Below, one piece after another: positions 23,520-37,140 of a DNA stretch of 64,000 nucleotides. Origin of the DNA: Selaginella moellendorffii (Eukaryota; Plantae; Lycopodiophyta). A program made the translations under genes and the position numbers. Positions within the stretch are counted from its first letter, which is position 1; the number at the start of each line of letters is the position of its first letter. The notes below the pieces were generated by a model. It was not told where the DNA came from, made no database searches, and was given only the letters and a program-made list of their open reading frames with translations. The stretch lies in assembly GCF_000143415.4 (NCBI RefSeq), contig NW_003314318.1:186001-250000 (forward strand). The letters are read 5' to 3'.

Positions 23520-24254
23520 ATCATCCTTCTTCCACCTCGTTGGTCTCGAGCAATTTCTTGAAGCCCAGCAGATAGCGCGCAATCTTCTCCCTGTAGATCG
23601 GGTCCCCCGTTGCATCGCGTGGAAATCCGAATCATACCTCCACCTTCCACCTCCATCCGCCGGTTACTCCCACGGAAACAAGCAGCCAGCCGCCGGGTGA
23701 CTGGAATCCTGTAGAAAACGGGGCTTGTGCCCAGCACGAGCAGCCCTAGGAACACTTGCTTCTTGAGCTTGTTGCCCCGCCGTCGTGCTCGTTCCTGGTT
23801 CTCCGTAAATGCTTGGATGGCCTTCTCCACAGGCCGGGCTTCTGCAAACGCCCTCCTCTCAGGTATCATGATGGCCCACGCATGATGTAGATGTCCCTGT
23901 GTTTGGCGATGCTTCCAGCGTCGTCACCCTCGGGACCAAACTCGTACTCGACTGCCTGCTCGATGAACCAATCGGAATGACGGTGTCCTTCACATATCTG
24001 TTGACAAGCATGTGCATTCCTGGGAGCTCCTCGTAGCCCAGGAGAAGCAGCAGCTCCCTGTCCAGCCTCCACACCGAGAGCTGCGTGGTTCCATTGATGC
24101 ACTCGGGGATGTAGGCGTCGAGCCAGTGAACGTGGCGAACATCGGCTGTGAGGTCCTTCATTTCGCGCACCATTTGCTCGTACTCGTACTCTGCTAGAGG
24201 CGAGAAGAACTTTACGTCACGGAACCTCACCTTGCACCGCTCCATTGTTGCCAT
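23520..24254 (-). pseudogene. Frameshifted paralogue of the 37138-37932 gene
   Basis: MATMERCKVRFRDVKFFSPLAE... and QVFLGLLVLGTSPVFYRIPVTR occur in different frames; downstream flank 23267-23320 also matches about 36743-36810. Confidence 0.85.
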
Positions 24255-25769
24255 CAGAGGTGGAGGACTCCGAGATCTGGGAGGGAGACACTTCTTTCGT
24301 GAATTGTGTCTGTGGCTTGAAGAAGGATGGCGGTAAGAAGATGGTAAAAATGCGAGGTCTGTAAGGAATGGTCATGTCTGGTGGTTTTGGTCACCAGAAG
24401 AACCGGATTATGTGTGCGTGGGTTGTATGGGAGGGAGTGAGAAGTGTGCCTCCAAATGGACGTCTAGGGACTTCCGGAACTTCAGAGTGGACATTTGCGT
24501 TGTGAAAGCCCTGGAGTTTTTTGGTTTCAGCTTAGAGTTCCTGCCGCCCAGGAGCCCAGCGGTAGCCCGTCCAAGCAGCAAACAATCTGATCTCGCAGAG
24601 TACCTCCCCTGTTGCCTCTTCTCTGGGAAGATCAAGCTACGTGAGTCGATCAGCATATCCATAAGCCCCGTGACAAACTCCATGACCAAGGCTTCATTTG
24701 TTCTGTCCAAATGGCAGGCGAAAGCAAGGCCTCTAATTTTCTTGATGCGGAGCTGAACAACTGCCTCTTTTGCATGTCCCCGGAGTATGTAGAGAAGTAG
24801 TTCCACAATCCATGCGTGCGACTTCCAAAGCTGTGCTTCGAAGGCAAAAGCTTCAATAGAGGAAGTTCTGCCACAGAAGTGGCGGGTGAAGCACAGCTGA
24901 TTTGCCAGATGATAAGACACTCTTGAGATTCTTCAGGCACGGAGAGAACCTCTCCCATCAACGATTGAGATGATAGGTTTGTTGTTCCGGGCCAACTGTG
25001 AATCCCACGGACTTTCTTGAGGTGTGTCCCGGAAGGTAGAAGGCCTGAGGAGGTTCTTATGGTTCAACGATTCACAGCTTTTGAAAATGATCTACCACCG
25101 TGATCACCCATCCAGAAAAGAAATATGACATAATTTATTTTGTTAGAGGAGGATGATAGTGAATATACTTAAAATATGCTTAGATATTTTAGGATATTTT
25201 ACTATTTAACGGTTATTTTTTATTTAGATTAATTAATTTATAAACATGTTTATAATTTATAAACTGTCCTAAACAATTTCTAGTTATTCTACTATCTAAT
25301 GGTTGATATAAAATAAGATTAACCTTATACTTATAAATTATAAACGTGTTATAATTATACTTCCAATTAAATTAATTAGATTAATAAATAATAAGCACTA
25401 CTTTTAAGCAAATCAAACATTGTTCGTAGAAAATTATTTTAAATATTCTTGAATTTTTTATTTAAAATATATGTAAAATTTTTGTGGAGAAATTTATATT
25501 TAGTAAAATTGCTGTGCTATTAATAGAGACTATATTTAGATTTTAAACTTCACTTTTAAAGTATTTTATTATATATCTTAATAAATTTAGAACGTTAAGT
25601 GATAATATAGTTATTAGTTTGTTAACTAATCAATAAGTCAGTGGCAAAATATGTATGATGGTCACCTTCAAAGATTGTACAAGAGTGAAGAAAAGCCTGG
25701 AAAAAAATGCATATGGAAAAGATAACCTATTTCTCAATGTTATAGTGATTTGTTTGTTGTTGAATCTCA

Positions 25770-26480
25770 AAACATTCGTTCCAGCTTGTACGTCCAAAAC
25801 CTGTCATGTGGTCCAATCTCCACCAAATCCTGGCAGTGATGCTAGCACCAATTACATGACAGTGAATTCTCGTCATATCTTTGTACTCAATGAACGTTCC
25901 AAGCTTGGAAGTGACTGTGCAGCTGCAATTCCAACCATTTCTTCAGATAAGCACACTCCAACCACAAAAAGATGTCTTTTGGTAAGTTGATTTGGTTCAA
26001 TATTTCTGTGACTGATCTCTCAGTTTTCTTGACAAAAGATGGACACATTCCTTGCCAGAGATGTGTTGTTACGAATCTACAACATGGAAACACGTTCAAG
26101 AATGTCTCCAAGCATATGCACACCATCAACATCTCCCTCATCCAGCTTACGTAGCGCATCATTCATGTCCCTCTCTCTATTTAGAATTCACAATAGCTTT
26201 CCAGGGAGACCCAAAAACATGTAGTTGGAGTACCATTGAGTAAAATGTTGCTGCTCTTGAGCCTTACAATATCCGAATCAGTCATATGGCTTTTCTGGAG
26301 CTCGTCCCGCCTTCATGACAGGTGTAGCTTCCAAGATTGCTTGCAACCGTGCCATCACAATTGTCTTGCCTCCTTTCTTCTTTGCTGCTAGATCGAGCAT
26401 CTTCGAATCCATGACCTTGAAGCAAGCGTGTGCAACATATCGAAAGTAGTATGTTGTAACAAGTTGTAACCTCGTTGTTT
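25770..26480 (-). mobile_element. Possible decayed CACTA/Plavaka-like transposase fragment
   Basis: Broken frames give DVDGVHML (vD.MH-like) and HHCQDLVEIGPHDRFWTYKLERM (H...GP...W.Y..ER-like). Confidence 0.4.
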
Positions 26481-26724
26481 GCATTTGTTATTTAACCAGA
26501 GATACAGTTACATTATTCCAGCTTGAAAATTAATCTCGCATTAACCTCTTTCCTTAACCAACCAGCATAAAATAGAGATTATTCTGGAAGTAACGATTGA
26601 CACCAAAATCATCTTAGTCATACAGCGTTCAGTTCTGTAGCTTTTACAGGCTGAACAGATAGAGCCGCAAGCTTGTTCTTTGTGATTTCTTGCATTGTAC
26701 ATGGAACATTTGTCGATCCCTTTT

Positions 26725-29655
26725 CTATTTCCTTGTCAAGTTGGGATGGCCGGGTGATGGAGACTGAAGAACTGGCCTGACGGTGCTGGGAAGTGTTGTT
26801 GATTTCTTCTTGCGTCGCAGCTTGGCACTGTGCTTGGCCATCATCGCACTGACCCACGGCTGGACGTTCTCTACGTACTTGATCGTGATGAAAAAGATGA
26901 CCCGGTAGACGATGATCATGAGAAAGATCACTCCCAAGTTCCACCACTTTGATCTCGCCACTGTGATCTGGTACACGTCCGTGAGGATGAACTTGCCCGG
27001 GATCTTTGGAAGTCCTGGAAACTTGTTGTCGAATTCCAAGCCAAGGAAATCGTTCTCGTAAGTTCCCTGCAACAAAACAATGACTGTCAAGCTGTTTGAA
27101 CCTCAAAGGTCCTTTCATACCTGTAGAGCGTACATGTGAAAGCCAATGTACGACATTGGATACTTCCAATAAGCTTTTGGAAGATCGTTTGGAAGTCTGA
27201 AGAAGCCAGCGACAAGCAGGAAAATGCCCTGTGCAAGAAAACAATGTAAATGCCATGACAAAGAATGCAACTTTAACCTGGATTCCGGCTCCAGTGATGA
27301 TCCCCATGAGAAAATTTGGAACGAGGCTGGCGACAGCCATCATCAAGCTCTCCACAGCAGCAACGCACGCAAAGAGATTGAGAACGAAGTAGATTTGATG
27401 TGTGATCCCAGGATGGAGCTGGACCATGTTGTAGACGATGAGCTCCGAGATGAGAGAGATGAGAAACAAGAATGGAAGTGACGAGAGCGTGTTGCCAATC
27501 ACGAAGGCAACCACGCCGTAGTGTCCATTCAATCTCTCCCTGCTGAAAACCTGTAGAAGAAAAGAAAAAACTCGTTCGGATGACCAAGGAGGAATCAATG
27601 GACGCTTACTTTCATGTCTTCCACAAACGATGGAAAGCCTCCAATCGACATGAAAACGAGGAAGCCACCAACGTAGGACATGCATGCTGCTCTTCCCTGG
27701 GAAACAACAAGGCAAACTTAGTCAACTTCGCATTGATGGAGTAACATTATTTTCTTGGTGGGTGAGAATCAAGATTACCAGGATCGCGTTGTAGCCGGTG
27801 CCAATTCTATAATACAAAGTTCCAATTCCGATGCTGAGCATGATGTAGATTGCCACACGGAGCCAGTAATAGCCGATATCTCTCGACATATTCACGAAAG
27901 ATCTTCGTGTGAGTGTCAAGGCTTGCATGTAAAAGCTTGCCTGACTGCCCTCGGACTCGAGAACAGCACCTTTCTGGTTGACAAAACACGAGAAAAACGT
28001 AAGTTTAAGATTGATCACACGAGGAAAAGCTTACGGTCTGATTGATCTCGTGAACTTTGGCAGCTGTCTGCATTGCCTGCGCAGACGATTGGTAGTGCTC
28101 TGTGAGAACTTTAATGATCTGACTCGTGGAGACGTGATCCAGAGGATCGCCCGACTCAAAGTCCTGTCAAGAAATTCATCGAAGAATGTGAGGAAGGAAA
28201 AAAAAATGAGAGAGAAACTTTCGAGGAAGACAAAGAAGAGAAGAGACTTACTCTAAACTTGAAGGAGCCTTTGAGTGTCGCCTTGACTCTGTCAAAGTCG
28301 GAATTTATCGCTCGGAGGTAGTGATCTGACGGGTTCCGGTGTGGAGGGCATGGAAATCCAGCAGAAGCAAAGAACTGGAAGAACAAAAAAAGTTATAAAA
28401 GTGGTCACGAACTTTGCCATTGCATTACTATACCTCTTGAGCAAGAGCAGCTTCACCGAAATAGATAGTCTTTCCATGCGAAAGAAGGACCAAGTTGTCA
28501 AAGAGCTCGAAAACTTGGCTGCTCGGCTGATGAATGGAAGCCACGACCGTACGCCCGTCTCTCGCGAGGTTCCGTAGCGTTTGCATCACGAAAAACGCCG
28601 AGGCACTGGAGAAAACGAGTATAAGTTGAAGCTGGAAGAGACAAAGCCATCTCTCCCGAGCAAGAATCCAAGCACCAAAAGACGCAAAGAGAGCTGGAAA
28701 ACAAACAATCCCAAAAGAGAAGAGATATCACACAGACCTGTCGAGACCACTCGTTGGTTCGTCCAAGAACAAGAGCCTCGGCCTTGTGAGAATCTCCAGT
28801 CCAATGCTAAGCCGCCGCTTCTCGCCACCGCTCAATCCTCTCATATGCCAGTTCCCCACCGGAGTATCAGCGCAGTCCTGCAACCCCATCTCCACAATCG
28901 TGCACTCCACAATGGCCAGCCTCTCGGCCTTGTTTAGCGCATCCGGGAGCCGCAAGTTGGCCGAGTACGTTATCGTCTCGCGCACTGTCAGCGTTCCAAT
29001 CAAAGTATCCTCTTGAGTCACATAGGCCTGTCCAAGAACACGAACCGTGAGCTCGTCTCAAGAGGAGACCGAGAGAATGAAGAACACCGACCACAATGCC
29101 GTAGGAGAGCTGCTTCTTCCGTCCATTGAGCAAGATCTGACCCGTCTGAGTGGTGTTCTTCGCCAGCCTCCCTGGCAGACACGAAGATCTAAGCAGTCTC
29201 GCCACGAGAAACCAGGAAAACAAGCTCGAACACAGCACAGTAGCACCACCTTTGCTAGATCTAAGCACCACTCTAAGCAAGAACAGGAAAACAAAGAAAA
29301 AGATTTCCATCCCCAAGTTTTTTATCCAGGAAGAAGACTCACCGGCGAGAGCATCCAGCAGCGTCGATTTGCCGGATCCAGACGGCCCCATGATCGCGGT
29401 GATGTATCCCGGCTCCGAGTAACCCGTCATGGGCTCCAGCAAACGCTTGGTCTCACCGCGCGCCGTGGCCGTCACCGCTAAGTCCTTCCACGTAAGTCGA
29501 GCCGAGATGTCCTCCATGTCCGGCCCGGCCTTGTCCTTCCATAGATGGACGCTGAGCGGGCTCAATCCTCCCAGGCTCCTGGTGCTCATCGCTCCCATCT
29601 CGCTCCCATTTGCCCGGCTGCTGCCTTCCTGCTGCTTGATCGAGCTGGAGGCCAT
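26725..29655 (-). CDS. ABCG half-size transporter (WBC11/ABCG11-15-like), multi-exon
   Basis: Walker A GPSGSGKS, signature LSGGEKRR, Walker [16 protein letters not shown]; TMD exons [42 protein letters not shown]. Confidence 0.93.
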
Positions 29656-30436
29656 GGTGGCCGTCGCCGAATCGAAGCCAAGCTGCGCTAGATGAAGAAG
29701 TACCCTCCTTCTTCCTCGTCTTCGTGCTTCTCGGCCCCCTGCTTGGATTGGACGATGAAATCAGCGCGAGAAGCTTGAAGCGCCGCTGGCCGCGGGAGAT
29801 TTCTTAAAGCAGAGTCAAGATCGCAGCGGCGAGACGAGGAAAACGTGAATGGGCGAGCGACGCGACGAAGGAGGGCATTTGTTTGAGCATTGCGGAATGG
29901 CAATGCACATGAGCAAGGCAAACTGGCCACCAAAGGGACGCCATGCATTTAATGAATGTGGTGTCAAAGATTTATTACCACCCCACCTTTTCACCCTTGG
30001 AAAAGAAAATACCAGAGAAAAAAACTTACCTTCCCTTTTATTTACCGCCGCTCTTTCGCTGGCAAATTTGCCGCTCGCATTTAACCGCCCCACCGACGGC
30101 TCTGGCTCTGATGCTGGCTGATTTTTTTCCACTAAACTGTGGTAAAGTGGAAAACCCCATGAGGAGGTTACCATGGTTTTGGAAAACATTATGTTTCTTA
30201 CATTGAGAAATGGTGATTTTCAACCTTTGATTTTTACCTTTGTGTGTCTGCAAGCTATAATTGAGGCGGGAAGTGCACCTACCATCAACCTGCATTAATT
30301 CCGACGAGTTGTCCAGCCACGGTTCGAGTCTCGTCGCCGGTAAGAGGATCACACAAGAATTTCCTTGGGTCTCTCTCTTAGTTGTCAGTTCTCTCTACTG
30401 TGACGCTATAAATGACACACCAACCATATGTGCCGT

Positions 30437-30972
30437 GGTCAACGGTCACCAATAGTCAACAATGGTCAAAGAGGGAGTTGTCATCTTGCATTCTGCTTCC
30501 GCGGTGACGTCAACGCGCTACAAAAGTCAACGGGATATCTTTAGGGTCAGCCCTCAGTCAACTCCGAGTTTGTGCTAGAGATTTTGATATGTCACCCGCT
30601 GGTGCTAGAGATTTTGATATGTCACCCGCTGACTTTTATCTTGGTTTCCACGCTTGCGTTTTCCCGAGCTAACCAAAGCGTTGTTTGATCCCATCACACA
30701 TTTCTAAAATCATAACCTGTGTTTGGACTGAAAAAACTGAAGTAAAAAAGACCTGATCGATAACATGGCTTGTCTCTGGAAAAACTTGGGATGCAGTAGA
30801 AAAAAGCAAGTAGCAGTCCCAAGCTTCAACATTGATCCGTTTCCTCACCATGAATCGCTTTGAAACAATGGGATATCTAGCAGTTGAAACAATGAGATAT
30901 TCGCATCTAGTTGGGAGTCAACAAAAGTCAACAAAGAAATTCTATAGTCAACGTGGTCAACATGTAGGTCAA
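30437..30972 (-). promoter_or_regulatory. Cluster of about 10 W-boxes (TTGACY on the minus strand)
   Basis: RGTCAA at about 30437, 30454, 30464, 30525, 30556, 30916, 30926, 30946, 30955 and 30967, all in one orientation. Confidence 0.55.
30572..30631. repeat. Perfect 30-bp tandem duplication
   Basis: gtgctagagattttgatatgtcacccgctg occurs twice in tandem. Confidence 0.95.
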
Positions 30973-32618
30973 GGCCGAAAGAAACAGTAAGAGGGAAAAG
31001 AAACAACGCTGAACATTCCAAGTAAGTTGGGACAAATCTCTGCTAGAGAAAAGAGAAACCTATTCCTCGCCTATATACAATGTGTGTGTGATCCTATCCC
31101 ATCATACTATCATCTTTTTTGTTTGGTTGTATCCATCTATCCACCCATGTTTCCCTCCCGGACGAGTTCTCGCGGCTCTTACTGTTGCCCGAAGGGGTCA
31201 GTGTCAGTTCTTCCAGCAACATTGACAACATCGATACCAATTTTCTTTGCCAAATCTAAAATCCTTTGCTGCTCTATTCTACTCATGACGGGGCTACAAA
31301 CAAGGAATTTTTCCACCAATCGTACATCGATCTCCTCTATTCTTTTTCAAAGAAAAAAGACAAATTCGGGCATATCGCCCACAGCGCTGGGAGCATATTC
31401 GCTGCCCACCGGCCAACCAACACCGCACACCTCAGCAAGCGCCTCCGCGCCACAAGTTCTGGGCCTTGTTTAAAATCGCCAAGGCAAGATCGACGGCTGC
31501 CAGCTTTTAGATCAACGGTTGATATTCAAAAGGCGAGGGCTCCCGCCACATTTCTAGGGCTTGTGTGATCCAATGGTTTATATTTTCCCTCCACATGTGA
31601 TGCTTACCTCAAAAGAGACAATGAATTAGAGCTTGAGAATGATGCCTTGGATTTCAATACAAGCCCAAAGCATGTGCCGTTGTGCTTTTTCTCGCGTCTA
31701 GAAACAAACAAACTGAGCGGTCCGCGGCTCGATTCCCAGGAAGCGTAGAAACCAAAGGTCGCCTGTTCGATTCCGTGGAGGCCAGCGCTCTTGGAATCCG
31801 GAACGCGCGAAAGGGAAAAAAAGAATGCGCATTGCTTTTGCCAGTGCAAAGAAAGAAATTTTTAAAGTGAGGGAACGCCTTGCCTGTCTTTGAAAACGCC
31901 TTGACTATTATGTCAACTGACTGACAGCCGTCCATCGCCACGTCATTCCGGGGTCTTCATTGCGGATCCTGCCGCCCTTCCGCCCCGGAATGGCCAGACG
32001 TTCCCATTCCGGTATGGAAGAAGCCCACTCAATGCTTAATGTTCTCCTATTGGCGAGGGTTCTTATTTTTCAATCTTTCGTTTTCCTGTGATCAAGATTT
32101 TTGCAGGCGCTCGCTCGCTCGATCGGCATTGGCGCGTGTGATAGGGCAAAGGCGAGGCCGATGCGTGCGATCTGTCGCCATTCCTCACCTTCTTCTTGCA
32201 CAGGTTTTCGATGTTCTCCGCGCAGGAAATCTGTGTCTTGATGTGAGGCTTTTGCGGCGGGGCTTGGCCGGATTCAGCTGGGGAGCGCTCGCGATCTCGG
32301 GCAGTCTGTGCGTTATTTTGTTCGCTAGCGGAAAAGATTCGCGTGTGGAATTCGTGTCGACTGTTGCCCGGAATTGCGTTGCCGCCGCTCCATTCCGATA
32401 GGATGAGCGCAGTCCAGGGAGATCGATGCTAGGCCGGCTCGACATCGATATTTCGGATCGATCCAGCCAAATCTTTCGAGGTATAGTGCCGATTGTCCCT
32501 GTTCTTGCGTGCTCTTGCTCATCGCTAACATATTACGGTCGCAGAGTTGAGAGAATCGAGGTTTCACTCGGTGAAGAGGAGACGATCATGATCATCTTGT
32601 TGTGACGAGGGAATCCAT

Positions 32619-34575
32619 ATGAATCGGCCGTCCGAGATCATGAAGACGACTATCAACGGTATCAGTCACGTCGGATTCAACTTCGACGGCCAGCAGCAGG
32701 ATCATCTCTACATGCTCGAGCACAGCGCCTCCTCCGGATTCGACAGCCAGAACAGCAGCTTATCCCAGCACCTGGAGAACATTGAAGAGGATTTCCCCAT
32801 GTACTTCCCATCGCCCACGACGTCCTACCCACCTCCAGAGACGCCATTGGAACCCATGGAGTTCCTGTCCAGATCGTGGAGCATCTCGGCCGTGGACGTC
32901 TCCAAGGCACTGGCTCCCTACAATCCCGCCGCCAACAAGTTTGCTACCGCGAAACGAGCCGAGGAGACGGGGATCGAGACGACACCCTTCTCGTTCGCCT
33001 CGGCAATGACCTCCGACATGGTTCTCAATAGAATTCTCGCACCAGTGGTAAGCCTCTTAAGGTAGTTTGGAGTTTATTGGTCCTTTGTTCCTGACAGTGC
33101 CTAGCTACATTCTTCCTTTCTTGCAGGAGCTCGGCATCCAGAAGAGGAATTCCCAGAGAAGTGGGCTTTTAATGAAGAACCATAGTGGACCACTTGGAAT
33201 GGGCTCGCCTCTGTCACCTCAAGTTCCAGAAGAGCAGGTAGTACACTGGTCTTTTTCTTCGCTCAAGGCCAATTTTTCGTTGTGCAGCATCATTCTTCCA
33301 CGACTATTACAGCTCCCAAGTCGCCCATCAGAAACGGAAAGTCCGTAAGGAGATGGTTCCGAGACGTCAAGGACAAGAAGAAGGAGGCAATTCGTGCCCA
33401 AAACGCACAGGTTCACGCAGCCATCCAAGTCGCGAGCGTTGCCGCTGCGATAGCTGCCGTGGCTGCTGCCACGGCAGCCACGGCCATCGACGATGGTGGA
33501 GCAAAGACGAGCATGGCCATGGCTTCCGCTGCATCGCTCGTAGCATCTCAGTGTGTGGAGGTCGCCGAGAGCTTGGGAGCCGATCACGAGCAGGTTGCGT
33601 CGGCCGTTGGCTCCGCGGTTCGTGTCAAAACGGCTGGGGACATTATGACGCTCACTGCTGGTGCTGCGACATGTAAGTCAAGTTCCGAAAGTGCTCGCTC
33701 ACGCGTGCTTATTGTAGGTGGCCGAATCCTTGCTTAACTGATCAACTTTGTTGGTGTTTTGTGCCGACAGCTCTACGGGGAGCGGCGATGCTCAAGGCCA
33801 GGGCCTTGAAAGAGAACCAGCAGCAGCAACAGCAACAGCAGCACAGCCGCTCGTCGGTCATCCCGTACGAGCGAGGCTCGATGAACTTCAGTGGAGAGCT
33901 TGGATCCGAGGACAGCGAGGCCGAGTCCTTCACACAGGAAGTGCTGGCCAAAGGAACGGACTTTCTCAAGCGGTCAAAGAGCGGTGAGTATGCTTTACTC
34001 TTTCTCCATGGAGTGGAGATATCTTCTGCTTTGGGACAGAGCGCTAAGCCCTGTGTGTGCGCCTTTTGCGCAGGCGAGATTCATTGGAGATCGGTCTGTG
34101 CCTACATTAACAAACACAACCAGGTACGTTGGTATTTTATTATCGCTCCCGCGAGAGAACAGGCAAGCAAAGCATTCCGTGGGACAAATGTGGCAGGTTA
34201 TTCTGAAACTCCAGAGCAAGCACGTAGGGGGCGCTCTAAAGAAGAACAAGAAAAGTAAGTAAAAACAGCGTGAGCTTGATTTCTTCCTCTTGTTCCTTCT
34301 GCCGCTCTGATGGATGGATAGAACTCATAAAAATTCCCTCTGTCCTTGGCCTCATAGGTGTGGTTGTGGACGTCTACACAGAGATCCCAGCCTGGCCTGG
34401 GCGATCACTCCTGGAAAACGGAGAACAGCGGCGATACTTTGGAGTCAAGACGAACACGGCAGAGCTCGAGGAATTCGAGTGTCGGAGTGACTACGAGCAC
34501 AAGATCTGGACGCAGGGCATCTCCTATCTTCTGGAGCTTGCAACTAGCAAGCCACAACAAAAGCCCACCAGCTAA
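32619..34575 (+). CDS. FORKED1/VAN3-binding-protein-like (DUF828 auxin canalisation plus plant PH domain), multi-exon
   Basis: [65 protein letters not shown]...RRYFGVKT...EFEC...WTQGI. Confidence 0.9.
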
Positions 34576-35118
34576 GGATCGTGTCCGGCCAGCCAGCCAG
34601 CCAGCCAGCCAGCCCGCCATAGCTGCTCTTCTCCAAGGTTGGCTCTCTTTGTCCTTCCTTCTTTTCTTTCTTTCTTTCTTTCTTTCTTTTCTCGTTGCTG
34701 CTTTGGACACCGAGTAGCTTGATAGATGCTTCCGTCCTGACTTTGCTTTGGATGTACGTTGTCGTCAGCCTTTTGTAAAATGATTTTTTGTGGCTGGCAT
34801 GATGTGGTTTCCATGCGAGAGATTGAATTGTTGACACGCATGTTGGTGAGATGATTAGCGAACAGCAGAGCTGATGGAATGGATAGAGTTTTCTTTCCAG
34901 TCGCTGAATTGATCTGTTCGCAGATCTAATTCGTCCTTGAACAAGTTCTTTTTCTTTTATGTGAGATCATCACAAAATCTTTCTTTTAGTTTCCACCAGA
35001 CAAAGATGGATGATTTGTATTTAATCTCATCCCACTCTTTGGAAACCTCGGCTTGGAAGTTCCTCATGGTGGGACAAGGTGTGTAAAAATCTATACGTTA
35101 TGATCGATTCCAAGAAGA

Positions 35119-36228
35119 TCATCTAAAGTTGACCCTGGAGCGATAGCAAGTGTTGGAAGCCCAGTTTCTTGGAATCACGTTTCGAGCCACGACTGTTTCC
35201 GAGGTTGACAGAGTCGTGACTCGAAACGAGAAAGGGCCCCTCAGAGGACCGCCATTGAAACACCATGTTGCGCCCCACACCTGAGTCATTGGCTGCCAAA
35301 CTCGAGACCCAGCCTGTTGTGTGTGTGTGTGTGTGTGTGGAGAGAGAGAGAGAGAGCACAAACAATTCGTTTCGTCAGTGTAAGCTAAGAGAGAGAGAAA
35401 AAGAAAAAGAAGTGAAGAAAGGCATGTTTATCTACCTGCATGAGCTCGACATGACCCAAATCTCCAGGCCCCGCTGCGTAGCGAACGAGAATGGACAACC
35501 AAAATGGTGTGGATCCTTCGTTGACTTGGAATTCCATGGGCCTGGAGCCATAGTTACAATCAACCCTGCAAAATGTGTTAAAGGTGAGGAGAAGTTGGCC
35601 ATGAACTCCTTTTAACTATTACCTCTTGTAGAGGACTTGCGTAACTCCTGATCCCAACAGCTGGTTTGTTCTTCCGGCCATCGCCATTCTTCCAAATGCC
35701 GTGCCACTGAGGTCGAAATGCGTCCTCCCAAACGCGCAGTAGCCACCGGGACACTCGTCTGTGATCACCACCGTCACGGCTTTGCCGGAGCAGAGCTGCT
35801 GCTGCAAGCACCTCACCTGTGCAATCCAAGCCGAAAAAGAAGAACATGAATTCTTTTGGAAGAGCTTGAGAAGGAGATCCAAATCTCTCATACCTTGTAG
35901 CATGCACCACAGCCTCTGCCATTCTTGAACAGGACGGGGCTCCCAGCACCAACATCGAGGCCGTAGGGAGTGTTCGGGAGTTCACCATAGCCACAAGCTC
36001 CTCCTGGAAATGCAAGAGAGAAAGGACATTGATCACTGCAAGAAAGAGAAGAAGAAGGATTGGAGAGAGATTTCCTCGCATACCATCAGTTCCAGCACCG
36101 CTGGGACTTCCATACCAAGTCGCGGTTGCCAATTGCCAGCCTCGTGCATACGCATGGAATCTGCAACGAGCAACATCCACTGCTGCGAGCAGCAAGACGA
36201 TGAGCCTCCACAAACTCGCTGAATCCAT
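35119..36228 (-). CDS. EXPB: Beta-expansin, 5 exons
   Basis: Signal peptide; [35 protein letters not shown]; C-terminal WGATW...GPFSFR...VIP.NW. Confidence 0.9.
35318..35356. repeat. Compound (GT)n(GA)n microsatellite next to the last expansin splice acceptor
   Basis: gtgtgtgtgtgtgtgtgtgtggagagagagagagagag. Confidence 0.9.
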
Positions 36229-36920
36229 CGCACAAAAACACACAAAAAACACAAGAGCTTTAGTCGAAGCAGATAATGGGAAGAGATTCGAAAAGAAAAA
36301 GAGATCGAATAACAGCCCAGCTAGTCCACTTTTTCTTCCACGCAGAGGATCGTCAGTTTACAATGCTATCTTCTACATGTGCTCTGCGCCTTTGAGTTAC
36401 CAGAAGAACACCTTTGCATCAATCAATCGTGTAAGCCAAAGCGTCGCTACCCACAAGCGCGTAACGAGAGAAGCGCGATGATGTAAGAGCAGCGATGATT
36501 TGCCACTTTACGAGCTCGCCTTTCCGTTGAGCCCAGAGTTAAAAATGCCCAGGTAAAGTTTCGGATCTGGTGAAAAAAGGAGCCGTTGGAGTGTGTGGAC
36601 GTTGACCATCTCTGGTAACTGCTGGTTTAAATTTTCCAGGGTTTTGCTAACACATCCAGCGTAAGTTCGAAGCACGTAATTGAAGCACAAGGTTGCTTGA
36701 AGTTTCACTCTGGATCTCTTCCAGAGTGCTTTACTGCTTTTGGGCAGAGGCCTTGTAGAGGTTTGTCTCGCTAGTGCTGCTTGCTGCATTGGTCGGGAGC
36801 TTTTGCCAGAGAATCAAACAAAGAACGAGCAAGCGTACCTTGAGCATGAGTGAGTGATCATCCTCCTGTTTACAGAAGAAATCCTTCTGTTGCAACTTTC
36901 TTTCGCGGATAAATAGTTTC

Positions 36921-37140
36921 CTCAGGCGTTCTCTAGAAACACTCGGTGAATACGTTGAAAACCACAAGACAAAACGCGATTTTACTCTTTGAAACGATCC
37001 TAGAAACGACACTTCAGTTTAAAGTCAGGTATATAATTCTCAGGCGTTCTCTAGAAACACTCGGTGAATACGTTGAAAACCACTCTTTGAAACGATCCTA
37101 GAAACGACACTTCAGTTTAAAGTCGAGTATATAATTCTCA
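36921..37140. repeat. ~100-120 bp tandem duplication directly downstream of the fungal-like gene
   Basis: ctcaggcgttctctagaaacactcggtgaatacgttgaaaaccac...gacacttcagtttaaagtc...tatataattctca repeated; the first copy is about 20 bp longer. Confidence 0.9.

Noticed and set aside
24408-24961. Overlapping minus-strand ORFs of 103-170 aa
   Set aside because: No recognisable motif and probably a fragment; no product can be supported.
32588-32605. Five-codon uORF (MIILL*) before the FORKED-like ATG
   Set aside because: Such short uORFs are common, and conservation cannot be assessed here.
34588-34690. (GCCA)n and (TTTC)n tracts and the ORFs running through them
   Set aside because: Ordinary 3'-UTR microsatellites.
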